From the NCBI GenBank assembly GCA_038057055.1, contig JBBUDY010000017.1, positions 1-55,698 of the forward strand: DNA of 55,698 nucleotides, in the 5' to 3' direction. The notes beneath the pieces are model-generated. The model was given only the letters and a program-made list of their open reading frames with translations, had not been told where the DNA came from and searched no databases. Shown piece after piece: positions 20,253 through 27,844 of the stretch. Made by a program: the position numbers and the translations under genes. Position 1 is the stretch's first letter. The number at the start of each line of letters is the position of its first letter. Origin of the DNA: Patescibacteria group bacterium (GTDB lineage: Bacteria > Patescibacteriota > Minisyncoccia > Phycocordibacterales > Phycocordibacteraceae).

Positions 20253-20256
20253 ATTT

Positions 20257-20574
20257 ATGAGCCAACACAAAATCGTCGTCTACGTTCCACTGACCCATAC
20301 CGATGTGGCCAGGGAAGCTATCGGCACGGCCGGAGGTGGCAAACTTGGTAAGTATTCCTTCTGCAGTTTCTCAACTCGTGGCATCGGTCGCTTTAGGCCG
20401 GATGAAGGTGCGAATCCTCATATTGGCGAAGTAAGAAAGTTTGAAGAGGTGGAGGAAGAACGAATTGAGGTTACTTGTGATTCTAGAGTGGTGGGCAATG
20501 TTATTGCGGCAATTAAGCGTGTCCACCCATATGAGGAAATTGCTATGGATGTTTGGGCACTTGAGGCGGTATGA
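20257..20574 (+). CDS. Small alpha/beta protein of the YqfO-C-terminal/COG3323-like type (function unknown)
   Basis: Pattern IVVYVPxxH...GxYxxCSF...G.FrP...NPxiG is recalled from that family. This is a memory-based assignment. Confidence 0.4.
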   Translation: MSQHKIVVYVPLTHTDVAREAIGTAGGGKLGKYSFCSFSTRGIGRFRPDEGANPHIGEVRKFEEVEEERIEVTCDSRVVGNVIAAIKRVHPYEEIAMDVWALEAV

Positions 20575-21188
20575 GTATTTCTACAAACGACTCTCCAAAA
20601 GAGGTACTCGACGAAGTAATGGAAGAATACGAGAAGACATTGGTCGTTCCAAATCACAAGTCCTCGCCGCAGTGGATGCTCATGCCCGTAGGGTTGGTCG
20701 GTTCGGGGAAAACGACCATCGTGAAGCCACTCGCTGAGCATTTCGGACTCATTCGCATCTCTACGGATGAGGTGCGCGAACAATTGAAACGGCGTGGCTA
20801 CTCATACGAGGGAGCTCGGGAGATTACCCATGAACTCCAGAAGAAATACTTGGAGCTTGGCTACAGTATTGCGATTGACGCCAATACAGGAAGTCCCCAC
20901 GGACTCGAGTTCAATAAAAAGACTGAAGAAGCATTCCCACAGGTGCGCCAGCTATTCATTCACATTAATCCGCCCGAAGAGTTCATCGTCAATAAGCTCA
21001 GGAATTATAACCACACATGGCTTTTCAAAGATGGCGACCATGCTGTCGAACGCTTCCGTTTTCACAAAGAGAAATTCACGCTTCCCAATCTCCCGTTTGT
21101 CTACACCTTCGACACCTCGAGAGGGGACCTTCCTGAACAGATTAAGAAAGGAATTGAGGCAATAGAAGAGAAACTCAATCAGAGATAA
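20571..21188 (+). CDS. P-loop kinase/ATPase (AAA_33/zeta-toxin-like fold)
   Basis: Walker A GLVGSGKTT. About 200 aa. 4-nt overlap with the upstream gene. Confidence 0.6.
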   Translation: MSISTNDSPKEVLDEVMEEYEKTLVVPNHKSSPQWMLMPVGLVGSGKTTIVKPLAEHFGLIRISTDEVREQLKRRGYSYEGAREITHELQKKYLELGYSIAIDANTGSPHGLEFNKKTEEAFPQVRQLFIHINPPEEFIVNKLRNYNHTWLFKDGDHAVERFRFHKEKFTLPNLPFVYTFDTSRGDLPEQIKKGIEAIEEKLNQR

Positions 21189-21193
21189 AAAGA

Positions 21194-21248
21194 GGGGATC
21201 GGAATCGAACTACGGCGGGCAAAGCAAAAATGGGGACCGGAATCGAAC
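21194..21248. repeat. Two inverted-orientation tRNA 3'-end-like fragments (GGGGATCGGAATCGAAC and GGGGACCGGAATCGAAC)
   Basis: Each is the reverse complement of a T-loop plus acceptor 3' strand (GTTCGATTCCG.TCCCC). No complete cloverleaf can be drawn. Confidence 0.6.
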
Positions 21249-21271
21249 TTGAGCATCTAGGCCGTAGAAAG

Positions 21272-21397
21272 TCCAGTTCGATTCCGACCCCCGCAACACG
21301 GTTGTGACGCCAGGAACCAGTACCGACCCACATTGGGGTCAGTACAGTACCGCCAGGCATCACGTACGCAAAAGCCGCTCGAAAGAGCGGCTTTTGC
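21272..21397 (+). repeat. att-like repeat copy B (decayed tRNA-Met 3' fragment plus 86-nt block plus terminator hairpin)
   Basis: TCCAG-TTCGATTCCGACCCCCGCAACACGG matches the tRNA-Met 3' part with a 7-nt deletion. The 21293-21378 block matches 36729-36814 at 80 of 86 positions (hand count). Hairpin GCAAAAGCCGCTC-GAAA-GAGCGGCTTTTGC. Confidence 0.8.
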
Positions 21398-21483
21398 GTT
21401 GTGGCACCTTGGTAGGGACCCTAGTATAATGGTGGCAAATACAATGAAATCTTGAATTTATCAATCTCTAAACCTCGTACCTC

Positions 21484-22362
21484 ATGAGCCACCTAATACC
21501 AACTACTGCGATCGATGCTCTAATGAAAGGACCGTCGCTCACCAAGACCCAGCAGGTCGCTGCGTTGCATAATCATATCCGTGACCTTCTGGAGCCGGAT
21601 TACCATATCTTCCTTCAAGGGTCATACAAAAACGATACCGCTCCTTCTGACATCAACGATGTGGATATTGTTGCGGTCCGTAAGAAGACCTACAGCGGGA
21701 CCTATTCTCCGCACCCAACCACCACAACTATTGCCTGGAAAACAATCGTCGACGAGATAATCACGAAGCTTCTTCAGGACAATACGTATGGGTGGAATAT
21801 CGAATCAGGCGATAAGTGTATCAAGCTAGAGGGAGTCTTTAATGTAGACGTTATCCCGGCTGTCGTCTACAACGACCACGAGGAGGACCCAATTGTTGTG
21901 TATTCGTTCAAAGATGGAAAGGAAATAATTAATCGTCCTCGACTCCACTACACGAACGGTGTAGCGAAGCACGAGGCAACCTCAAAACTCTATAAGCCGA
22001 CCGTACGCATGTTCAAGAACTGGAAGCAGAATCATTACGGACAGGAAAAGGATACCGTCTCATCGTTCAAGATTGAGGCACTCGTCCACAGTGCAGACGA
22101 TGCTCACTTTGTTAGCGATGGCGCTGCCTGTTTCATTTTGGTCGGTGAGAACATCCTTGAGCGACTCAATCTCCGGTCTCTTGCCCCGACATCGATTATG
22201 AGTGTGTGCGGTGGGGAGGACATCACAGCAAACTGGGACCTGGCAGCGCGCAGACGATTCGTGGATCAACTCACTGCTTCAGTGCAGCACGCACGTCAAG
22301 CATATAACGCAGGAAACCAGTCTCTAGCGGAAGCCCATTGGGATCTAGCTTTCAATCAATAG
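21484..22362 (+). CDS. Pol-beta-fold nucleotidyltransferase of the SMODS/CD-NTase type (CBASS cyclase candidate)
   Basis: LQGSYKNDTAPSDINDVDIV gives the GS...DxD motif. A third acidic residue lies in FNVDVIPAV. About 290 aa. Followed by a 2TM-beta effector gene. Confidence 0.6.
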   Translation: MSHLIPTTAIDALMKGPSLTKTQQVAALHNHIRDLLEPDYHIFLQGSYKNDTAPSDINDVDIVAVRKKTYSGTYSPHPTTTTIAWKTIVDEIITKLLQDNTYGWNIESGDKCIKLEGVFNVDVIPAVVYNDHEEDPIVVYSFKDGKEIINRPRLHYTNGVAKHEATSKLYKPTVRMFKNWKQNHYGQEKDTVSSFKIEALVHSADDAHFVSDGAACFILVGENILERLNLRSLAPTSIMSVCGGEDITANWDLAARRRFVDQLTASVQHARQAYNAGNQSLAEAHWDLAFNQ

Positions 22363-22364
22363 TT

Positions 22365-22994
22365 ATGCGCAAACATGCTCCAGGCTTCGGGTTTTATTCC
22401 GTCTTTACTCTCATCACTATCGTTCCAGCAACGATTATCGCGCAAGCAATAGCTAACGCGCTTACGACCCTAGCGGGCCCGTTTGTTCAGTTTGCGGAAT
22501 GGGGACTACTACAACCGCCGACCGCTATCGCGATTATTGCCTTACTGTTTGTTTTCTACGACCGATTCTTTTGGAAAATACCACCGTTCACCTTGATTCA
22601 CGGTATTCCGAATATCAATGGACGCTACGAAGGGGAAGGCGAATCGAGTTATCAAGATGGTTTCAAGTATCCGGTCATAATCGAGGTTCATCAGACCCTT
22701 CTCAATACGCTCGTTTGTCTGTACACCGAACGTTCTGGCTCACATAGCGTTATGTCCGCCATGGGACAAAACGAGCGGAGGAACCAGTACCTATCGTACT
22801 CGTACAAGAACGCACCAAAGACCGTAACGGATGATCGTGATATGCGGCCGCATGATGGTTTTGCATGCCTAGAGATATTCGATAATGGCGACCGGCTAGA
22901 AGGATTCTACTTTAATGATCCTCGTGAGCGTGAAAGTTTTGGAAAGCTCGTACTAAAGCGAGTGAGTCGAAATACACAAGGCAAGTTTAAATAA
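22365..22994 (+). CDS. Two-TM plus beta-rich C-terminal domain protein (S-2TMbeta/Cap15-like CBASS effector candidate)
   Basis: Two N-terminal TM helices, then a ~130-aa beta-rich domain (INGRYEGEG...LEGFYFND...GKLVLKRV). The ATG lies 2 nt after the NTase stop. Confidence 0.55.
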   Translation: MRKHAPGFGFYSVFTLITIVPATIIAQAIANALTTLAGPFVQFAEWGLLQPPTAIAIIALLFVFYDRFFWKIPPFTLIHGIPNINGRYEGEGESSYQDGFKYPVIIEVHQTLLNTLVCLYTERSGSHSVMSAMGQNERRNQYLSYSYKNAPKTVTDDRDMRPHDGFACLEIFDNGDRLEGFYFNDPRERESFGKLVLKRVSRNTQGKFK

Positions 22995-24321
22995 CAGATA
23001 CACTTTTACTCTTCAGGGTAATCTTGCCGCGCAACTGTTCAAGCAACTGGCGCTTTTCCTCAATAGTTCCTTCCTCGAGTAGATACTTCGCGTATCGCTT
23101 AACATCCATCTCGAGCGCTTTTTCCTTTTCTTTTACGCCCAGTACTTGTGAGCGCAGTTTGTTGAATCGCGCAACCTCCTTATCTATGAGATGTCGTGCG
23201 CCAAGGCGGTCTATCTCTATTCCGTCGATGATTTCCGATAGTTGCTCTATGAGATTGTCTTCGCGGATATATGGATTCTTGCACCGTCGGTCTTGGGCGC
23301 GAGTGCATAAGTAATATCTGTAAATCTTTGTCGTTCCAAGCATCTTTACGAATTTCTCTTTATCCATGCAGGTGACGCCGGAACCGCACTCACCACAGGT
23401 CATCAAGCGAGTGAAGGCAAATTCACCGACTCGCTTTTTTGGATTCGTTTCCGATACGATTTTCTCTCGCACCAGTTCGAAGAGTTCTCGAGTGATAAGC
23501 GCTTCATGCTTGCCGACATACCAGTTGCCGCTTCCGCGCGGGTACTCGAAGACCCCGCAATAAAATGGATTTTTTAGGAGCTCGTAGAGAGTACCGATAC
23601 TCATATTTTTTCCGCTTCGGGTCGAGAATTTAACTTCTTCTCGTAGCCAGTGGTATATCTTCACTCCGCTCCACCGCTCTTTCCCAACCTTCTCGAATAT
23701 CATCTTCACGATAGGGGAGCGTATCGGGTCGAGTAGGTACTCGCATTTGTGGTCCGACCTCGTGTCATTGAGATATCCGACTGGTGCCCAGCCGGGAAGC
23801 ATACCCATCTCGGCTCGTGTTCGCAGACCGCGCTTCACGTTGATACTCTTATTATCGTTTTCAAGCTTCGCCTGCGAGCAAAGGATCATCAGTAGGAACT
23901 TTTCATTCGGATTGTTCGAGAATTTCTGACTATACGTCTGTATCTGCACGAGCACTCCTGCATCCATCATGTCGACGACCCGTCCGAGGTCGCCCGCGTT
24001 ACGGCTGATGCGGTCGGCCGCCCACGTCAGTATCCCGTTGAACTTCCCGGCACGCATTTCGTTGATCATCTCGTTGAATACCGGCCGCTGGCTAGCCTCT
24101 TTTGCCGAGTGGCTCTCGCGTTTGACCTCTACCACCTCAAGACCGTCCCGAGCCGCCAGCGCTGACATCTCCTTGATCTGCGAATCGATGGACAGCGCCT
24201 GCTGTTCATCTTGCTCAGTGCTCTTTCTGGCGTAGAGGCAGTACCGCACCTTTACCGCCTCCTTGGCCTCTGGTTTAAGCCCTAGAACCCTATCTGTGCC
24301 CTCAAATACCGCCTTATTCAT
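22987..24321 (-). CDS. Large serine recombinase (resolvase catalytic domain, recombinase domain, zinc ribbon and coiled coil)
   Basis: Catalytic context YCLYARKSTEQDEQ. ADRISRN motif. Cys cluster CGECGSG...CTRAQDRRC. C-terminal coiled coil. Confidence 0.85.
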   Translation of the reverse strand: MNKAVFEGTDRVLGLKPEAKEAVKVRYCLYARKSTEQDEQQALSIDSQIKEMSALAARDGLEVVEVKRESHSAKEASQRPVFNEMINEMRAGKFNGILTWAADRISRNAGDLGRVVDMMDAGVLVQIQTYSQKFSNNPNEKFLLMILCSQAKLENDNKSINVKRGLRTRAEMGMLPGWAPVGYLNDTRSDHKCEYLLDPIRSPIVKMIFEKVGKERWSGVKIYHWLREEVKFSTRSGKNMSIGTLYELLKNPFYCGVFEYPRGSGNWYVGKHEALITRELFELVREKIVSETNPKKRVGEFAFTRLMTCGECGSGVTCMDKEKFVKMLGTTKIYRYYLCTRAQDRRCKNPYIREDNLIEQLSEIIDGIEIDRLGARHLIDKEVARFNKLRSQVLGVKEKEKALEMDVKRYAKYLLEEGTIEEKRQLLEQLRGKITLKSKSVSVI

Positions 24322-24390
24322 TGCATTGTGGTTACTTGCTAATTCGCCCTACCACAATGGATGACGCAACCCGCGCTGTGAGTCCAGACC

Positions 24391-25050
24391 CTACTTTTTC
24401 TTATAATTCTTCAAGAATTCTTCGATATTGACCCCATCGCGTTTAAGTTCGCGTTCTAGTTCCTTTTTGAATTTCTCTTGTGGCTTGCCGGTGCCCCAGT
24501 CTGAGATACGCTCTTCGTCCGACATTACATGTGCTGAGCTATGTATCTCATCGTGCGTTTCGTTTTGTTCTGCGCTCTTGCTTGCTAAGAATTTCTCTTT
24601 TAGCTCTTCACTTCGAATGAATGTACCCAACATTCCCGATATACGACAAGCCCTGACGATTTGTTCACGTTGTTCATCAGGAAGTATTCCATCGTTATCA
24701 ACTAAATGATATTCGTGTCGAATGCGTTCGGCGAACCACACATGATTATTCTTAAGCCAGAATATGAGCGCGGTCAGATGGCCTTCCTGGATCTTTTTTA
24801 ATAGCCCTGATATGGCAATGTCGTTGAGATACTCGCGACCAGTGTTGATTGCCTTGTTGGCGAGACCTTTGAATTCCTTATCTTCCGAGAGCCACTTATA
24901 GTATGTTGAACGACCGACCCCGACACGTTCGCAAGCGAGTTGCACGATGCAACATTTTGTCAGATGTTCAAGAACAGCAAGTTTCTGTTCGGCGGTCTTT
25001 ACAGAAAGCGTTGCCAGACGCTTTTTCTTAGCCAACTGCTTTCCAGTCAT
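24391..25050 (-). CDS. HTH protein resembling phage small-terminase/Homeodomain-like regulators
   Basis: ACERVGVGRSTYYKWLSEDKEFKGLANKAI...ALIFWLKN follows the TerS-like HTH pattern. Function is uncertain: regulator, recombination directionality factor or TerS. Confidence 0.4.
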   Translation of the reverse strand: MTGKQLAKKKRLATLSVKTAEQKLAVLEHLTKCCIVQLACERVGVGRSTYYKWLSEDKEFKGLANKAINTGREYLNDIAISGLLKKIQEGHLTALIFWLKNNHVWFAERIRHEYHLVDNDGILPDEQREQIVRACRISGMLGTFIRSEELKEKFLASKSAEQNETHDEIHSSAHVMSDEERISDWGTGKPQEKFKKELERELKRDGVNIEEFLKNYKKK

Positions 25051-25053
25051 ACA

Positions 25054-26376
25054 CTAGGAAATTTTCTTCGCCTTTTTTCCGGTTGTCTTCTCCCAGCGGG
25101 CAATAATTACTGCGGTATATATCTCGCTCTTTTCCATCACGTAACAGCGACGACCTAGCTTATTAGCTGCAATCAGCGTTGAGCCACTACCCCCAAAGGG
25201 TTCAAGAACAAGATCACCGCGTTTCGTCAGTACCTTGAGATACGGCAGGAGAATTTCAACAGGTTTAGTTCCGAAGATGATTCCCTGGCCAGACGACTTC
25301 TCGTCTGCCGCAACAAAGTCTACGAAGTCAGTTGGGCAATACTTCTTGCCTTTCCCAGGTCCCTCCCAGTGCGGACTACCAGAGGTTGCGAAGAGCGCGG
25401 TCTCATACTGCTCTTGAAAGAGAGGATCGTCTTCTGGCTCATCGTTTAGTACGACTTCACCTGAGGTACCAACAAGCGCTACATCGTGCTTGCTAAAGAA
25501 TTTGTACTTGGCAGAAAAACCTTGTACGCGGTTGCTCAGATGCCATACAATGGTGTTGCGGTAGCGCCAATGCTTCTCGAGCGCGTTCCATATAGTTCTC
25601 AAATTCTTAGGGTTCTCATAGACGATGATTGAGAAGTCAGTTTTTTGCGCCTGAGCTACATTGGCCATCCAGAGGTCGGTAAAGTTCTCTGGTAGTGAGT
25701 CGGTGCCGAGATACTTGCGGTCTCGCTTTAAGCCAAAACCTTCAGTCGGCTTGCCGTTTTTCTTTTTGCCCCGAAGGTAATCAAGAATATAGGGCGGATC
25801 TGTGAAGCACATATCTGCCTTCTCTCCGCCCATTAGAGCGAGCATATCAGCCTCGATCATGCTGTCACCACAACGAAGACGCGAACCATCCAAGTCGAAC
25901 ATATCACCCTTCTTAATCGTTACCTCGCTGATGTTTAATTTTTCCAATTCACGCTTAAGGTCAAAATGCTCGGGTGTAGTTTCAACCTCGAATATTTCAT
26001 CAAGCTCAATTGTGTCGAAACCTACATCTTTCAGGAAATCCTCGCCGAAATCCTTAAGTATTGCAAGGTCAAATTCTCCGAGATTCTTGTTCAAACGAAT
26101 GTTTAATTCTTTTTCGCGTTCTATCTCCGGTATATTCACATACACTACAGGCATTTCTTTGAGCTCAAGATCTTTGGCGACTTTCAGACGGAAGTGTCCA
26201 CCTACAACTACATTCTCGCGACCTTCGGCTTTATTGCACACGATAGGGTCCACCATACCGAAACGCTGCAAGCTCTCCTTCAATGCAGCAATTTGTGATT
26301 CGTTCCACTTACGGGGATTATATTCCGACGGTTTCAATTCACTGATTGGCACATACACGATATTTAAGTTTTCCAT
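25054..26376 (-). CDS. ParB-like nuclease domain fused to an N6A/N4C DNA methyltransferase
   Basis: N-terminal ParB box (LKPSEYNPRKW). Motif IV TDPPY. C-terminal AdoMet motif LEPFGGSGSTLIAA (beta-class order). Confidence 0.85.
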   Translation of the reverse strand: MENLNIVYVPISELKPSEYNPRKWNESQIAALKESLQRFGMVDPIVCNKAEGRENVVVGGHFRLKVAKDLELKEMPVVYVNIPEIEREKELNIRLNKNLGEFDLAILKDFGEDFLKDVGFDTIELDEIFEVETTPEHFDLKRELEKLNISEVTIKKGDMFDLDGSRLRCGDSMIEADMLALMGGEKADMCFTDPPYILDYLRGKKKNGKPTEGFGLKRDRKYLGTDSLPENFTDLWMANVAQAQKTDFSIIVYENPKNLRTIWNALEKHWRYRNTIVWHLSNRVQGFSAKYKFFSKHDVALVGTSGEVVLNDEPEDDPLFQEQYETALFATSGSPHWEGPGKGKKYCPTDFVDFVAADEKSSGQGIIFGTKPVEILLPYLKVLTKRGDLVLEPFGGSGSTLIAANKLGRRCYVMEKSEIYTAVIIARWEKTTGKKAKKIS

Positions 26377-26720
26377 AACAAAAAACGAATAGCTTATAAG
26401 GCATATTCGGTAGCTCGAACAGGAGGTTGCTTATTCAGTTAAATTAACTATACACCCCTGCTGTGGTGTGCAAATTATTTTGAGAGTATTTTCCGGCTCT
26501 TGAAGAGCCGCACTGCTTTTTCTTCAATTGGACACTTCAATCAACGTTTATAACAGAAAGTATATGTCAATACTGTCAATGAAAGCCGCTTAAAATAGTT
26601 ATCCACAAGGCCCTTCGCAAACGTCGAAATCTAAGCTAGGGTGCAAGGCGATAGCTGAAAGTGCTATCATTCTTTTACAACCGAATATGCGCCTAAACCC
26701 TTCGGGGCATGGCGTAAAAA

Positions 26721-26765
26721 ACCGTCCAAGGTAAAAAGCTCCTCGTCAGGAGCACCTTGGACGGT
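26721..26765 (+). promoter_or_regulatory. Compound stem-loop in the leader of the nuclease/R-M operon
   Basis: ACCGTCCAAGGT ... ACCTTGGACGGT forms a 12-bp perfect stem. It encloses an inner hairpin GCTCCT-CGTC-AGGAGC. Further CCGTCCAAGG/CCGTCCAAC boxes lie at 26840-26849 and 26859-26867. Confidence 0.6.
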
Positions 26766-26851
26766 CCCTCCGGGAAACTGGGGGTGGGTGGCGCAAGTCA
26801 TCGCCTGGCGGGGAGCTTTTTGTATCCCGCTAGTTAAATCCGTCCAAGGAA

Positions 26852-27844
26852 ATGAAAACCGTCCAACCCGACCAAGCGGGTCATCTTGGATTTTTAGATC
26901 AATACGCAACCGACAGCGAAATATTTTCGCTTCGTTCTGGTAAGCAAATTTCTATACCAAAGTATTTCCTTGACCTTAAGAAATGGGAAGGAGTACCGAT
27001 TGCCAACACATATAACAATAAAGCGGTCATCGATTGGAACGGTGAGCCGGTATTCGCCGAGTTAGCCGTTCTGCGACTATTCCAGTCGAACGGATGGAAA
27101 GGCGTGTGGGTCGATTCGTATCGGAGAAAATTCAGAGTCGGTCTGCCAGACGTGGTCGATCCGATAGAATTACCGGAAGCACAAACACAGCTATTAAATA
27201 CTCTTCGAGAAAAGACTGGACGTTTCGGAGGATGTTGGGACTTACTGCTGTGGAAGGGCGACGACACACTTTTCGTCGAATTAAAGCGACGAGGGAAAGA
27301 TAGAATACAGATCACCCAAACTGACTGGCTTTCAGTGGCTCTCGAGTCGGGTCTGGCTAAAGATAACTTTGCGATCGTCGAATGGGATTTTTCTTTGCCG
27401 AACCGTCTTATATTTGAGTATCCAGAGGACAGAAAATTCTTTGTCGATCTACTATCTGGCGGAGACGAAGAAAAATTCGACAAAGAATTTTCCGATTACT
27501 TCGATTTCAACCACCAGGCTATCAAGCGTTGGGTGTTTAATAAAACGAGCAAGAAAGTACTAGCAGAGCTTATTGAGAAATATGGTGGTAAGTGTCAGCT
27601 TCGGATTCATCCCGAGTGCAGTACGACCGGTGTGTGGCATCCGGATCATATAATCCCGCTCGCATCCGCAGAATTACATAGGAAACTGAGACATCTCACA
27701 AACAATTCGGATGGCTCTAAGCCCGAGTCGGTGAGCTACGGATCAAACCACCCGAAAAATCTCACATTAGCCTGCGAGAAGTGCAATTTGCGCAAAAAAC
27801 ACCGCATAATCTGGCCAGTACCTAAAGATGAAGAAAGTTGCTAA
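26852..27844 (+). CDS. VRR-NUC (PD-(D/E)xK) nuclease domain fused to a C-terminal HNH endonuclease
   Basis: GCWDLLLW...TLFVELKRRGKDRIQITQTDW matches the VRR-NUC pattern. HPDHIIP...NLTLACEKCNLRKKH matches HNH. Confidence 0.7.
   Translation: MKTVQPDQAGHLGFLDQYATDSEIFSLRSGKQISIPKYFLDLKKWEGVPIANTYNNKAVIDWNGEPVFAELAVLRLFQSNGWKGVWVDSYRRKFRVGLPDVVDPIELPEAQTQLLNTLREKTGRFGGCWDLLLWKGDDTLFVELKRRGKDRIQITQTDWLSVALESGLAKDNFAIVEWDFSLPNRLIFEYPEDRKFFVDLLSGGDEEKFDKEFSDYFDFNHQAIKRWVFNKTSKKVLAELIEKYGGKCQLRIHPECSTTGVWHPDHIIPLASAELHRKLRHLTNNSDGSKPESVSYGSNHPKNLTLACEKCNLRKKHRIIWPVPKDEESC

Noticed and set aside
26561-26580. Direct repeat TGTCAAT-AC-TGTCAAT in the ParB-MTase/nuclease intergenic region.
   Set aside because: It is too short (7 nt, two copies) to distinguish from chance. 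It is noted only as a possible operator and has no supporting symmetry or recurrence.
26597-26605. Perfect DnaA-box 9-mer TTATCCACA here and again at 40597-40605. Could either mark a replication origin?
   Set aside because: These are single isolated boxes with no cluster, no adjacent AT-rich unwinding element and no dnaA or dnaN nearby. Roughly 0.4 chance occurrences are expected in a window of this size, so two copies are not significant.
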